DNA of 60,272 nt, counting the filler. It is 4 parts of 4 records of this genome, joined end to end, with 100 filler letters (N's around TTAATTAATTAA, not from the genome) between each part and the next. Parts side by side here need not be neighbours in the genome. Positions count along the whole stretch, not along the records: positions 29,455 to 53,069 come from DRR723986_10614; positions 53,170 to 60,272 come from DRR723986_10618; 2 more parts are not named here. The stretch is one strand, 5' to 3'. Shown one piece after another: positions 48,431 to 58,042 of the stretch (its first letter is position 1; every line of letters starts with the position of its first letter). The position numbers and the translations under genes were made by a program. The notes under the pieces are model-generated. The model was not told the DNA's origin. It worked only from the letters and a program-made list of their open reading frames with translations, and did not search any database.

Positions 48431-50239
48431 ATGCTCTCAACTCCAGGTTCTGCCACTCCTGGTTTCCTCAATAGTTCATTCAGAACCTGGTCCTGGCGCG
48501 TAGGCCTGGTGATTGTTGCTGCCCTCATTATTACACCCGTCTTCTGGTTTGTACGGCACAGCTTCGCTCCCAAGTTTAGTGATGATTTCCAGGTAAAACA
48601 TATGCTGCAGTGGCGGCTGGACCTGGCCAACATCCACGCGAGTACGCTGGAGCTGCACGCCCTGTTTGACGCAGACACTTCTGCGGCGGCTTTTGACACC
48701 GTCACAGACATTTTGCTGGCAATCGAAGCGAATTCCATGCAGGCATTTGGACAGGCGCAGTTGGATAGTCTGGAATATCTGAGTTATACACAGCAAGCCC
48801 AGCGACCGCGCACGCGCCTCTTATTTCAAATTCCTGTGCAAACGGCGGCGGGTTGGGAGTGGCCCAACCTGAGTCTTTTCAGGCAGCTGCCGGACGCTGA
48901 CTATTGTGATGGCCTGATTATTGACATGCGCGATTATCCGCAGCTGCCGCCGCCGAATTCCAGCGCCAGGCGTCTGCTGGATGAAGTGCGTCAGGCTGGA
49001 AAACTCAGCGGTCTGCGCCTGGCCGGAATCCAGGGCGTCGGTCTGGCAGCCAAACTCTACGCTGCAGGCGTGGAAGGCAAAGTCAGCCAACAAGCTGAGC
49101 GGCTGGTTCTGCATTTGGATCCCGACTATGTAATTCTGGATGGCGGCGCCGGTTTGCTTCCAAACTGGATCATAGATGCACAGCAGATTGAGCAGACGGG
49201 CCAACTTCTGCGGCGCGCAACCTATTCGACCATCTTTCTGGCACGCGAACCGCAAGGTGATGCACAGGCGGACAGCGTTTACGCTAATAGTCTATTCCGC
49301 ACTGCTCTGGCGGCCCTGCCGACTGCGCAACACTGTGAGATTGGATTGTTATCGGCTGCAGCGCCCGGCTCAGGGACATTTGGTGTGGGGCTGGGCGGGC
49401 CTCAGGCTGTGGCGCAGCAGATCAGCGGTCAGCGCATCAAAAATGGTAAAATGCTTCTGATGGGTGGCGGACCCTTGGAGTCCGGCGGACTGATGGATAC
49501 ACTGGTGGCGCACATGCCCAACCGCGACTCACTCATCGTAGTGATTCCGAGTGCGATGAGCGGCAAGAATTTTAACCTGAAGTGGCCCAGCACTGCAATT
49601 CTGACCAGCCGTGGAGTCAATAATATTCACGTCATGCACACACGAGATCGCCTGGAAGCGGACAGTCCCGAGTTTGCCGCGCCGCTCTTCCGCGCACATG
49701 CCGTTTTGATTCTTGGTGGGCGCCAGTGGCGCTTAACACAGGCCTATGGCGGCACGCGCGTTGTTGAAGGCCTGGAATCGGTGCTGGAGCGCGGCGGAAT
49801 AGTCGCCGGAACTTCGGCGGGAGCCAGCGCCTTGGCGTCGTTTTTAGTGCGCGGCCATCCCGGCGATAATGCGATTATGATTGGCGAATACACGGCCGGA
49901 TTTGGCCTGCTGGAGAACATTGCGGTGGATCAGCATCTGTTCCGGCGCGGCCGTGAGCGCGACCTGATTGGCGTTTTGCGCACCTATCCGCAGCTGCTTG
50001 GAATCGGCATCGACGAAGAAGCCGGCATCCTGGTAGAGGCCGATACTTTTAGGGTCGTCGGCAATTCTAACGTTGCGGTTTACGACAGCGGCAACTGGTG
50101 TCTTTGGCCGGGCAGGTTTCAGCTCCTGCCGCCGGGCAGTGTCTACAACATGCGGCAGCGACGTTCGCTTACTTTGCCGGGGGAGCAGGCGCAGGTGCCG
50201 CGCATGCAGGCAATTGACACGAAATTGACACGAAATTGA
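48431..50239 (+). CDS. Membrane-anchored protein with C-terminal cyanophycinase (peptidase S51) domain
   Basis: N-terminal TM (VGLVIVAALIITPVFW); C-terminal LLMGGG, IVVIPSA, HTRDR.EAD, GGRQWRL, nucleophile GTSAGA, DQH..RRGR, GIGIDE. Confidence 0.82.
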   Translation: MLSTPGSATPGFLNSSFRTWSWRVGLVIVAALIITPVFWFVRHSFAPKFSDDFQVKHMLQWRLDLANIHASTLELHALFDADTSAAAFDTVTDILLAIEANSMQAFGQAQLDSLEYLSYTQQAQRPRTRLLFQIPVQTAAGWEWPNLSLFRQLPDADYCDGLIIDMRDYPQLPPPNSSARRLLDEVRQAGKLSGLRLAGIQGVGLAAKLYAAGVEGKVSQQAERLVLHLDPDYVILDGGAGLLPNWIIDAQQIEQTGQLLRRATYSTIFLAREPQGDAQADSVYANSLFRTALAALPTAQHCEIGLLSAAAPGSGTFGVGLGGPQAVAQQISGQRIKNGKMLLMGGGPLESGGLMDTLVAHMPNRDSLIVVIPSAMSGKNFNLKWPSTAILTSRGVNNIHVMHTRDRLEADSPEFAAPLFRAHAVLILGGRQWRLTQAYGGTRVVEGLESVLERGGIVAGTSAGASALASFLVRGHPGDNAIMIGEYTAGFGLLENIAVDQHLFRRGRERDLIGVLRTYPQLLGIGIDEEAGILVEADTFRVVGNSNVAVYDSGNWCLWPGRFQLLPPGSVYNMRQRRSLTLPGEQAQVPRMQAIDTKLTRN

Positions 50240-50307
50240 CCAACTCTTCGTTGTAGTCAGCTGTACTCTTAGGTGTTCCGGCTTCTTCAACTTTTCTGTA
50301 GCATACC

Positions 50308-51147
50308 ATGATTGACTCCTTGCAACGCGCCAGACTTGGCGTTTTCCTGGCTTTTGCACTTCTGGCAATTTGCGGCCCATCGCTTAGTGCGCAGCAGGAT
50401 GATGCACTATTGCAGCAGGCCGAAGAGCTGTTTGTAAAAGAAAACTTCGTTGAAGCCGCGAAGTTATTTCGTCAAATTCTTGAGAAGGACGGCCAGGATT
50501 TTAATGCCAACTTTAAGCTGGGCCTGTGTGAGTTAACACAGAAAAATTACGGAGATGCGGTTGTGATGTTAACCGCCGCCGCAGAGTCCGAAAGTGATTT
50601 AATGCACGAAGTCTATTTTTACCGCGGCTTTTCGTATTTCAGGCTCAAAAAATCGGAACAGGCATTGGAAGACTACGGCAAGGCTCTGGAGATAAAACCA
50701 GATTACCTGGATGCTTTTAATAACCGGGCGCAGGTTTTTGAGCAGGTTAATAATCCAGGCGCAGCCATTGCTGATTACCAGTCAGCACTCAAAATTGATT
50801 CTACGAACCCGGGCCTGTGGTATAATGTAGGCCGTCTTTTTGCACTCGTAGAAAAGTGTCCTGAGGCGATTACGGCGTTTAACACAGCCCTGAAATTTGA
50901 GCCACAGTACGGACAGGCGCTGCTGCTGCGCGGCAATTGCCATCTGCTGATTAAACGCCTGGACAAAGCCACAGAAGATTTTGAGGCATTGGTAGCGCTG
51001 GTTCCCGACAATGCCGAAGCAATTGCAAAGCTGGGCTACTGCCAGGTGTTAAGTGGCAATACCGACGAGGGTTGTGCCAACATTAAGCGAGCGCTGGAGG
51101 CGGGTTATGCACCGGCGGCACAAATGCGCGGAAGTCAGTGCGACTAA
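50308..51147 (+). CDS. Exported tetratricopeptide repeat protein
   Basis: Signal peptide then about seven TPR units (YFYRG…ALEDYGKALE.KPDY.DAFNNRA). Confidence 0.92.
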   Translation: MIDSLQRARLGVFLAFALLAICGPSLSAQQDDALLQQAEELFVKENFVEAAKLFRQILEKDGQDFNANFKLGLCELTQKNYGDAVVMLTAAAESESDLMHEVYFYRGFSYFRLKKSEQALEDYGKALEIKPDYLDAFNNRAQVFEQVNNPGAAIADYQSALKIDSTNPGLWYNVGRLFALVEKCPEAITAFNTALKFEPQYGQALLLRGNCHLLIKRLDKATEDFEALVALVPDNAEAIAKLGYCQVLSGNTDEGCANIKRALEAGYAPAAQMRGSQCD

Positions 51148-51702
51148 AGTGCTCGATTGTGTTACTCTTACAGTGCCGCCGCCGGCACGTGGCTCAAACC
51201 GGTGAATTCCAGTTTGTGGAGCAGTGCAAAACAAAAAGCGGCTGTTGCAGAAAAGGCGGACAAGGATTGGCCGGCTGCATAGAAAAGTACTGTTCCTGAA
51301 TGTTAATGTTATGTTAAACTTTGAGGCAGGGGATTTGTTTAAGTGTTTAACACGGACAATTCAAAACCCTCAATTCCCGCAGGCAATTCTACAGCCTGTA
51401 CCTAAGCGTCTGGAGCCAGACTTTGGATCTGATCTGAAGCTCGGGCCGGACACCCCCGTAATCCATTGCCGCACAATCAACGGGGATTTGTTAACGATTG
51501 TGCAACAAACCGCACAGCCATGGCACAGCGCCAAATATGGTTAATAGTGCAATAATCGCTATTATTGTAGGCCGTGATTCAAATAAAAGTCGAAGCTGCA
51601 ATGATGCAAGACCGATTGAAAAGTCATCCTCATTGCCAATAACATTGCCATGGTCTTGGCACGCGACCTTCACGGTCCTCTGTATACTTTGATTAAGAAC
51701 GT

Positions 51703-53069
51703 ATGAGCAAAACACGGAAAAAGAGCGACACTACCGCAACCGATGCGGGTCAGGAAGTCGCCAACGACGATTCAGCAGCCAAGAAAACAACAAGCAAACG
51801 AACAACCAGCAAGCGCACACCAGCCAAGAAGGCGGCGGGAACGACTACGAGACGTTCTACTCGCAAAAGTGCAGCGTCGGCAGAGGAAGCCGAAGCCACA
51901 CCGCCCAAAAAGCGCAAAGCGCCTGCTAAAGCTGCTCCCAAAGCCAAAGCGGCTACACGCAAGGCACCTGCCAAATCGCGTGCAACTGCTAAAAAGGATG
52001 TGAAAGCCGCAGAGCCTACGCAGGACGATCTGTTCACTGCTGATGCTGCTGCCGAAGAAACACCGGCTCCCAAAGCCAAACGTGCGCCGCGCAAAAAAGC
52101 TGCCGCCGCACCAAAAGCTACGCGAGCTAAAGCGAAACCAAAAGCCAAAGCTGCCAAAGCCGCGCCGGCCGAAGCGGATGTGGAGACTCAGGAAACTGAA
52201 GAAACACCCGCTCCAAAGGCCAAACGCGCCCCACGCAAAGCTGCAAGCCCCAAACGCACAACGCGGACTACAAAAGCCAAGGCTGCCGCAGAGCCGGACA
52301 TAGAGGCCGCCAGTGATGAGGCGGACGAAGCACCTGCACCGAAAACACGTGCAAGCTCGCGAACCAGCACGCGCGCCAAAGCTGCGCCGAAAGTCAAAAC
52401 TACACGCAGCAAGTCCGAAACGGCGGACCAGGAGCAGGCTGAGCAGGAGGATACTCCCGCAAGGTCTTCCGGCCGCGCCAGACCAAAAGCCAAAGCCGCG
52501 CCGAAAACTCCGAGCAAATCTACGGGTCGGCATTCCTCTGCCGCACGTCGTAATGAAGAAGCCGCCGAAGATGAACGTTATCGCGATGAAGACCTGCAGG
52601 ATGACTCCGTGCAGGATGAACGTTCCGAGGAATCGGATTCCAAACGCGAAAAATCTGGACGCGGCAGCCGCTCCGGTTCACGTGGACGTGGACGTTCGGG
52701 CCGCGGCCGTTCTCAGGCTGACGACAACTATTACACAGACGACGAGCAAGACGACGTAGACGATCGTGGCCGTGACGAGCGCGAGGACGAGCGTGACGAT
52801 CGCCGTGAATCCGGACGTGGACAGTCAAAAACGCGCCGTGGAGGCCGCCGTTCCGACAGCCGCCGCCGTGATGACAGGCGCGATGACCGTCGTGACGATG
52901 AGCGTGACGACCGTCGAGAAGAAGAGCGCGATGATCGCCGTGACGACCGCCGAGATGATCGTCGCTACCGCGATGACGAAGAGCGCGACGATCGCCGTGA
53001 CGATGAACGTGACGAGCGCGATGATCGTCGTGGTTCCGTTCGTGGGCAGTCGAAGTCACGCCGTGGAGG
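51703..53069 (+). CDS. N-terminal low-complexity region (K/A/R/P-rich, then R/D/E-rich) of a protein truncated by the contig end
   Basis: Open frame of about 455 codons from ATG 51703 to the gap with no folded domain visible; internal repeats ETPAPKAKRAPRK x2, RDDRR x many, RGQSK.RRG x2. Confidence 0.8.
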
Positions 53070-53169
53070 NNNNNNNNNNNNNNNNNNNNNNNNNNNNNNN
53101 NNNNNNNNNNNNNTTAATTAATTAANNNNNNNNNNNNNNNNNNNNNNNNNNNNNNNNNNNNNNNNNNNN
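53070..53169. other. Artificial contig spacer
   Basis: 44 N + TTAATTAATTAA + 44 N. Confidence 0.99.
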
Positions 53170-53746
53170 ACCCGCTCACGGCAATTAGCACACAGCTGTT
53201 TTCCTCAAGCCGCCGCACCTGATGGCGAAGGGGGCCGGGAAACTGGACGGAATCGCCCTTGCCGAGGACAAGATTCTGGTCCGGAAAGCGGATCTCAACC
53301 TTGCCTGAGACGACGAAGAGCAGTTCCTCGCCCCTATGTTCGGCGTCCGGCTCGTCGGCGAGCTCGACCGGCGGATACATGAGGAAAACCTCGAGACCGG
53401 AACTCGTGTCGCTCTGGGTCAGAAGGCGCATGACATAGTTACCGTCGTCGGCGGTAAGCTCGTTGGCGTCTTCCGCACGGGTGACGAAAAGCAGATCATG
53501 GTTCTCGGCGGCGCCGAAAAGCTGTGCAGCGGACACTTCCAGAACCGTTGAGATACGCAGGATGATGGCGACCGACGGAACCTTGAGGCCACGCTCGACG
53601 CGAGAGAGATAACCCTTGTCGAGAGATGCTGCCAGTGCGAGTTGCGACAGAGACATGTCTTTCTCGGTCCGCATGGCACGGATCGCCCGACCCAGGCTGA
53701 CGCCTGCCGGAAAGTCCATTTTGCGGGCAGTACCCTTGAGTGCCAT
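53170..53746 (-). CDS. XRE-family HTH regulator with C-terminal cupin sensor (3' end at contig edge)
   Basis: IR.MR....MSL.QLA....LDKGYLSRVERG..VPS; cupin H.GEE..FV.SG...L..GDS..F....H. ATG 53746 with GGAGG RBS. Confidence 0.92.
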
Positions 53747-53887
53747 GTTCACCAACCTCCCAGTTCTGGCGAATTGTTCATCTCAAATCTCTCCCGTCAA
53801 CTGACTGTAGCGCCCGCAAACGCCGTCATCCAATACCTGATCAAACAGTCACGCAATCCAGCGTTGCCATGAATCAACGTTGTTTTT

Positions 53888-53902
53888 TTGTCTTATAGGC
53901 AA
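53888..53902. promoter_or_regulatory. Candidate operator 1 (TTGYCT-N3-AGRCAA)
   Basis: TTGTCT-TAT-AGGCAA in the divergent intergenic region. Confidence 0.55.
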
Positions 53903-54007
53903 AACACCTGGTTTCGTCCATAGTTGGATCAGTGGATTTCATCGCCTATTTATCTATGATGTTTATTTTTTCATCACTTCCGCACATATTTCGCGCATGC
54001 TGCATAA

Positions 54008-54031
54008 TTGCCTTTTAGACAACGTTGTCTA
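54008..54031. promoter_or_regulatory. Candidate operator 2 (TTGYCT-N3-AGRCAA plus adjoining half-site)
   Basis: TTGCCT-TTT-AGACAA (54008-54022) overlapping the perfect palindrome TAGACAACGTTGTCTA (54016-54031). Confidence 0.55.
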
Positions 54032-54063
54032 TCATCCACTTCATACAACAGAAGGGGACCATT

Positions 54064-55116
54064 ATGAAACTCACCAATCTGCTCTGCGCGACAGCCTTGA
54101 GCGTTGCGTCGGTTCTGCCGCTGGCATCCACCGCATTTGCGCAAGATGCTCCGGTCAAATGGAAGATGGCAGGGACGTTCTCAAGCTCCCTGCCGCAGCT
54201 CGGAACACTCGGCAAGCGCCTTGAGGAAAAGATCGCTGTAGTCTCCGGCGGCAAAATCGAGCTGCGCTTCTACGAACCCAATGCACTGGTGCCGCCCCTG
54301 GAAACCTTCGATGCTGTCTCGCTCGGGGCGGTGGATGCGGCATTTTCCACGCCAGGCTTCTGGGGTGGCAAGGTGCCGGCGCTGCAGGTATTTGCCGCGC
54401 TGCCGTTCGGCCCGTCGGCTCCGGAATACATGGCATGGTTTTATTTCGGTGGCGGCAAGGAGATCTTCGACGAGATCTACGGCAAATACGGAATCAAGTC
54501 GGTGATGTGCGGCATGCTGGCACCAGAAGGCTCCGGCTGGTTTCGCGAAGAGGTCAAGAGCGTCGACGACCTCAAAGGTATGAAGCTGCGCTTCTTCGGC
54601 CTTGGCGCCAAGGCGCTCGGCAAGTTTGGCGTCTCCGCCCAACTACTGGCAGCCCCCGATGTCTATCCCGCGCTTGATCGTGGAGTGATCGACGGCTTGG
54701 AATTCGTCCAACCAGCAATCGACCTGAAAATGGGCTTTTACCAGATCGCCAAACATTACTATTTCCCTGGATGGCATCAGCAGTCGACCTTCTTCGATCT
54801 GATGATGAACAAGGACAAGTGGGATGCGCTCAGCGAGACCCAGCAGGCCCAGATCGAAGCTGTCTGTGGTGACAACGTCCGTTATGGTATCGCGGAAGGC
54901 GAGGCCATCCAGATTCCCGCCCTCAAGGAGCTTCAGGAAAAGGGCGTCCAGATTCACAAGTGGTCCGATGAGGATCTTGCGAAGCTGAAAGGCGCTGTCG
55001 ATGAGGTTATTGCCGAACAGGTTGCGACCGATCCCGACTTCGCACGAGCCTACGAGAGCTTCTCTACGTTCCGGGAAGAATATACGACCTGGCGCGAAAT
55101 CGGGTACCTGAAGTAA
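54064..55116 (+). CDS. dctP: TRAP transporter substrate-binding protein (DctP, TakP/FcbT1-like)
   Basis: Signal peptide, V.WKMA, LVPPLE.FDAVS.G, PFGP, GWFR.E.KS.DDLKG.KLRFFGLG (conserved Arg), YYFPGWHQ. ATG 54064 with RBS. Confidence 0.94.
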   Translation: MKLTNLLCATALSVASVLPLASTAFAQDAPVKWKMAGTFSSSLPQLGTLGKRLEEKIAVVSGGKIELRFYEPNALVPPLETFDAVSLGAVDAAFSTPGFWGGKVPALQVFAALPFGPSAPEYMAWFYFGGGKEIFDEIYGKYGIKSVMCGMLAPEGSGWFREEVKSVDDLKGMKLRFFGLGAKALGKFGVSAQLLAAPDVYPALDRGVIDGLEFVQPAIDLKMGFYQIAKHYYFPGWHQQSTFFDLMMNKDKWDALSETQQAQIEAVCGDNVRYGIAEGEAIQIPALKELQEKGVQIHKWSDEDLAKLKGAVDEVIAEQVATDPDFARAYESFSTFREEYTTWREIGYLK

Positions 55117-55122
55117 CAAAAA

Positions 55123-55674
55123 ATGACCGCACTTCTGGCTTCTGCCCGTTTTCTCAAGGCGGTCGCGCGGCGTATCGGTCAGGTCTCTGCATGGCTCATC
55201 GTGCTTTTGATCCTGACCGTCGTCCTCGACGTGATCACCCGCCGCTTCGTGGTTCTCGGATCCACGAAGCTTCAGGATCTGGAGTGGCACTTTCATGCCG
55301 CCCTGTTTCTGCTGTCCCTCGGATATGCCTATGTCGAAGGTGAGCATGTCAGGATCGACGTCCTGCTTGAGCGCTTCGGCCTGAAAACCGCCGCGGCGAT
55401 CGAGTTTCTCGGCGCGGCCCTTTTTCTGGTGCCATTCTGCGTGATCGTACTCTACTTCGGCTGGACCTTTGTCGAACGGTCGTTTCTCCTCAGCGAAGGG
55501 TCCGCCACTCAGACAGGACTTCCGTACCGCTGGATCATCAAGACGTCCCTCCTGATAGGCTTCTTCACGCTGTTCCTTGCTGCGCTCGGTGTCATTGCGG
55601 ACAGTCTGGCAACGCTTCTTGGCGCCAAACGGAAACCGGGACCGAATACCCATTACGACGAGGTGGGGCTGTGA
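55123..55674 (+). CDS. dctQ: TRAP transporter small permease (DctQ)
   Basis: Four TMs, LQDLEWH, HVRID, SEGS...GLPYRW.IK. Confidence 0.93.
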   Translation: MTALLASARFLKAVARRIGQVSAWLIVLLILTVVLDVITRRFVVLGSTKLQDLEWHFHAALFLLSLGYAYVEGEHVRIDVLLERFGLKTAAAIEFLGAALFLVPFCVIVLYFGWTFVERSFLLSEGSATQTGLPYRWIIKTSLLIGFFTLFLAALGVIADSLATLLGAKRKPGPNTHYDEVGL

Positions 55675-57035
55675 CCGCATTCGAGACTGTGCTCCCTCTG
55701 ACAATGATGGGCATCCTCATCTTCATCCTGTTCACAGGCTATCCGGTGGCATTCTGCCTTGCCGGTGTCGGCCTGATGTTCACTGTCGTCGGCGGCATGT
55801 TTGACATGTTCCACCCGATGCAACTCTTCCTGATCGTCAGCCGCATCTGGGGCTCCATCGCGGAAAACCTGGTACTTGTCGCGATTCCCATGTTCATCTT
55901 CATGGGCATCATGCTTGAACGCAGCGGCGTTGCCCGCCATCTTCTGGAAATCCTGTCAGTTCTTCTCCGTCGGGTACCGGGCGGACTGGCCCTGGCGGTC
56001 GTTCTCATGGGGACGATCATGGCGGCAACCACCGGCATCGTCGGCGCCTCGGTGGTCATGCTGTCGCTTCTGGCCCTTCCGGTCATGATGGATCGGGACT
56101 ACGACAAGAAAATCACCGCAGGCGTCATTTCCGCGTCTGGCACACTTGGCATCCTCATTCCCCCGTCAATCATGCTTGTGATCATGGGCGACATGCTGGC
56201 CGTGCCGGTCGGTGATCTTTTTGCCGGGGCCGTCATCCCGGGCCTCGTCCTTTCCGGTCTCTACCTCGTCTACCTCGTCTTCATGGCAATGACCAAGCCC
56301 GAGCGCATGCCAAAGCTTGAGCAGAGCGACGCTGATGACGACCGGCCCTTGTTGGGGCTCATCCTGCGGGGCTTCCTGCCCCCCACGCTTCTCGTAGTGA
56401 TGGTTCTGGGCTCGATCATCGGCGGACTTGCAACGCCAACGGAAGCGGCCGGTGTCGGGGCTTTTGGCGCGACACTGCTAGCGGTCTACAACCGAACCTT
56501 CAGCCTGAGCCTGCTCCGGGACGTTGTCCGCGGAACCGCACTCACCAACGCCATGATCTTCGGCATTTTCTGCGGTGCGACGCTGTTTTCCTACGTCTTC
56601 CGCGAACTTGGTGGAGACGACGCTATCATCCACGTGATCGAGGTTCTGGACCTCCATGACTGGACGCTTCTGATCCTGCTTATGGCGATCATCTTCCTTT
56701 TGGGTTTCTTCTTCGACTGGCTTGAAATCACGCTGATCATCCTGCCGGTGTTTCGCCCGATCGTCATGTCGCTGGACCTCGGCAGCGCGGTTCCTACAGA
56801 CCATCTGCTGCTCTGGTTCGCAATTGCCGTCGCGGTCAATCTGCAGACTTCCTACCTGACGCCGCCTTTCGGCCCCGCGCTCTTCTATCTGCGTCAGGCT
56901 GGGCAGGGGTATCTGTCGCTCGGTGACATCTACAAGGGCGTTATTCCCTTCACGCTTCTGCAGCTCACCGGACTGGTTCTGTGCCTGCTGTTCCCCGCAC
57001 TCGTTCTCTGGCTGCCGAACTACCTCGGCTACTGA
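55671..57035 (+). CDS. dctM: TRAP transporter large permease (DctM)
   Basis: GYPVAF, AIPMFIFMG, GTLGILIPPSI, ATPTEAAGVG, NLQTSYLTPPFG; GTGA overlap with dctQ stop. Confidence 0.96.
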   Translation: MTAFETVLPLTMMGILIFILFTGYPVAFCLAGVGLMFTVVGGMFDMFHPMQLFLIVSRIWGSIAENLVLVAIPMFIFMGIMLERSGVARHLLEILSVLLRRVPGGLALAVVLMGTIMAATTGIVGASVVMLSLLALPVMMDRDYDKKITAGVISASGTLGILIPPSIMLVIMGDMLAVPVGDLFAGAVIPGLVLSGLYLVYLVFMAMTKPERMPKLEQSDADDDRPLLGLILRGFLPPTLLVVMVLGSIIGGLATPTEAAGVGAFGATLLAVYNRTFSLSLLRDVVRGTALTNAMIFGIFCGATLFSYVFRELGGDDAIIHVIEVLDLHDWTLLILLMAIIFLLGFFFDWLEITLIILPVFRPIVMSLDLGSAVPTDHLLLWFAIAVAVNLQTSYLTPPFGPALFYLRQAGQGYLSLGDIYKGVIPFTLLQLTGLVLCLLFPALVLWLPNYLGY

Positions 57036-57078
57036 GCCAGACATCGGACAACCCTAACAACGTCAAGAGAGGAAACTC

Positions 57079-57462
57079 ATGTCCCGCACCGTAATCGCAC
57101 CACCGTCTCTGACAGCTCCCGGCGTGCCTCTGTCTCCGGGCATTGCTTTGGAAAATCTCGTCTTCGTCTCCGGGCAACTCCCGGTCGACACCGAAACGGG
57201 CTCCTTTCCCGAGGGTGTTGCTGCGCAGACAAAGGCATCACTGGCGAACCTGAAAACCGTTCTGGAAGCTGCCGGTGCCAGCATGGGAGGCGTCGTCAAG
57301 ACAACGGTCTTTCTGAAAGACATGAATGATTTTGCAGCCATGAACGCGGTTTATGCGGAGGCTTTTCCAAGCGAACCGCCAGCTCGTTCGGCCATCGAAG
57401 TCGCTCGTCTTCCCAAAGACGCACTCGTTGAAATCGAAGCCGTCGCCATTCGTACGCGTTGA
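57079..57462 (+). CDS. RidA/YjgF family enamine/imine deaminase
   Basis: VFVSGQLP, VVKTTVFLKDMNDFAAMN.VY..F, PARS (catalytic Arg), LP..ALVEIE. Confidence 0.95.
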   Translation: MSRTVIAPPSLTAPGVPLSPGIALENLVFVSGQLPVDTETGSFPEGVAAQTKASLANLKTVLEAAGASMGGVVKTTVFLKDMNDFAAMNAVYAEAFPSEPPARSAIEVARLPKDALVEIEAVAIRTR

Positions 57463-57471
57463 GTTTGAGCC

Positions 57472-58038
57472 ATGACAGACCAAATACCCGAAATGACCGC
57501 AGCCTTCGACCACCCGGCGGCAAAAGCCGCCCTTGAAACCGAAGGCGGCACGACCGACTGGAAGGGCGTGTTGCTGCACATCCATATCGCGCCGATGGCA
57601 AGTTTCGAAATGGAGGAACTCCCCGAGGCGGAATGCGTTCCTGGCCGCGGCATCGTTGGAGACAGGTACTATCTCGGCACAGGCACCTATTCTCCCCGTC
57701 CGGATGTGCGTGAAGTGACGTTGATCGAGCAGGAAGCACTTGATGCGATAGCCCGGAACGACCCCCCGCTTCAGGAAGGTCCCATCGAACTGAAACCTAT
57801 CGATCACCGACGAAACCTGACCGTGCGCGGTGTACCGCTCAATCACCTGGTTGGCCGCAGGTTCCGCGTCGGGGAGGTTATCCTGCGCGGCGGGCGACTG
57901 AACTTTCCGTGTAAATACCTGGAAAACCTGTTGGATTTCCCAGTTTTCCTCCCGCTCTACAACCGCTCGGGCCTGAACTGCGGCATCGAAAAAGGGGGGA
58001 CCATCCGCCCAGGCGACGAAATCGAGCTAATGGACTGA
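57472..58038 (+). CDS. Stand-alone MOSC domain protein (putative molybdenum-cofactor enzyme)
   Basis: GRGIVGDRY, REVTLIE.E, RRNL.VRGV.LN.LVGRRFRVGEV, PC (conserved Cys), GG.IRPGD. Confidence 0.92.
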   Translation: MTDQIPEMTAAFDHPAAKAALETEGGTTDWKGVLLHIHIAPMASFEMEELPEAECVPGRGIVGDRYYLGTGTYSPRPDVREVTLIEQEALDAIARNDPPLQEGPIELKPIDHRRNLTVRGVPLNHLVGRRFRVGEVILRGGRLNFPCKYLENLLDFPVFLPLYNRSGLNCGIEKGGTIRPGDEIELMD

Positions 58039-58042
58039 ACCC

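Noticed and set aside
52780-53040. Dense GACGA/CGTGA repeats as a possible CRISPR or satellite
   Set aside because: No constant repeat with unique spacers; explained by Arg/Asp/Glu codons of the low-complexity protein.
54643-55704. 353-aa antisense ORF, and similar long shadow ORFs over uvrB, fleQ, pruA and the amidoligase
   Set aside because: They lie opposite well-supported genes in GC-rich DNA and show no protein motifs.
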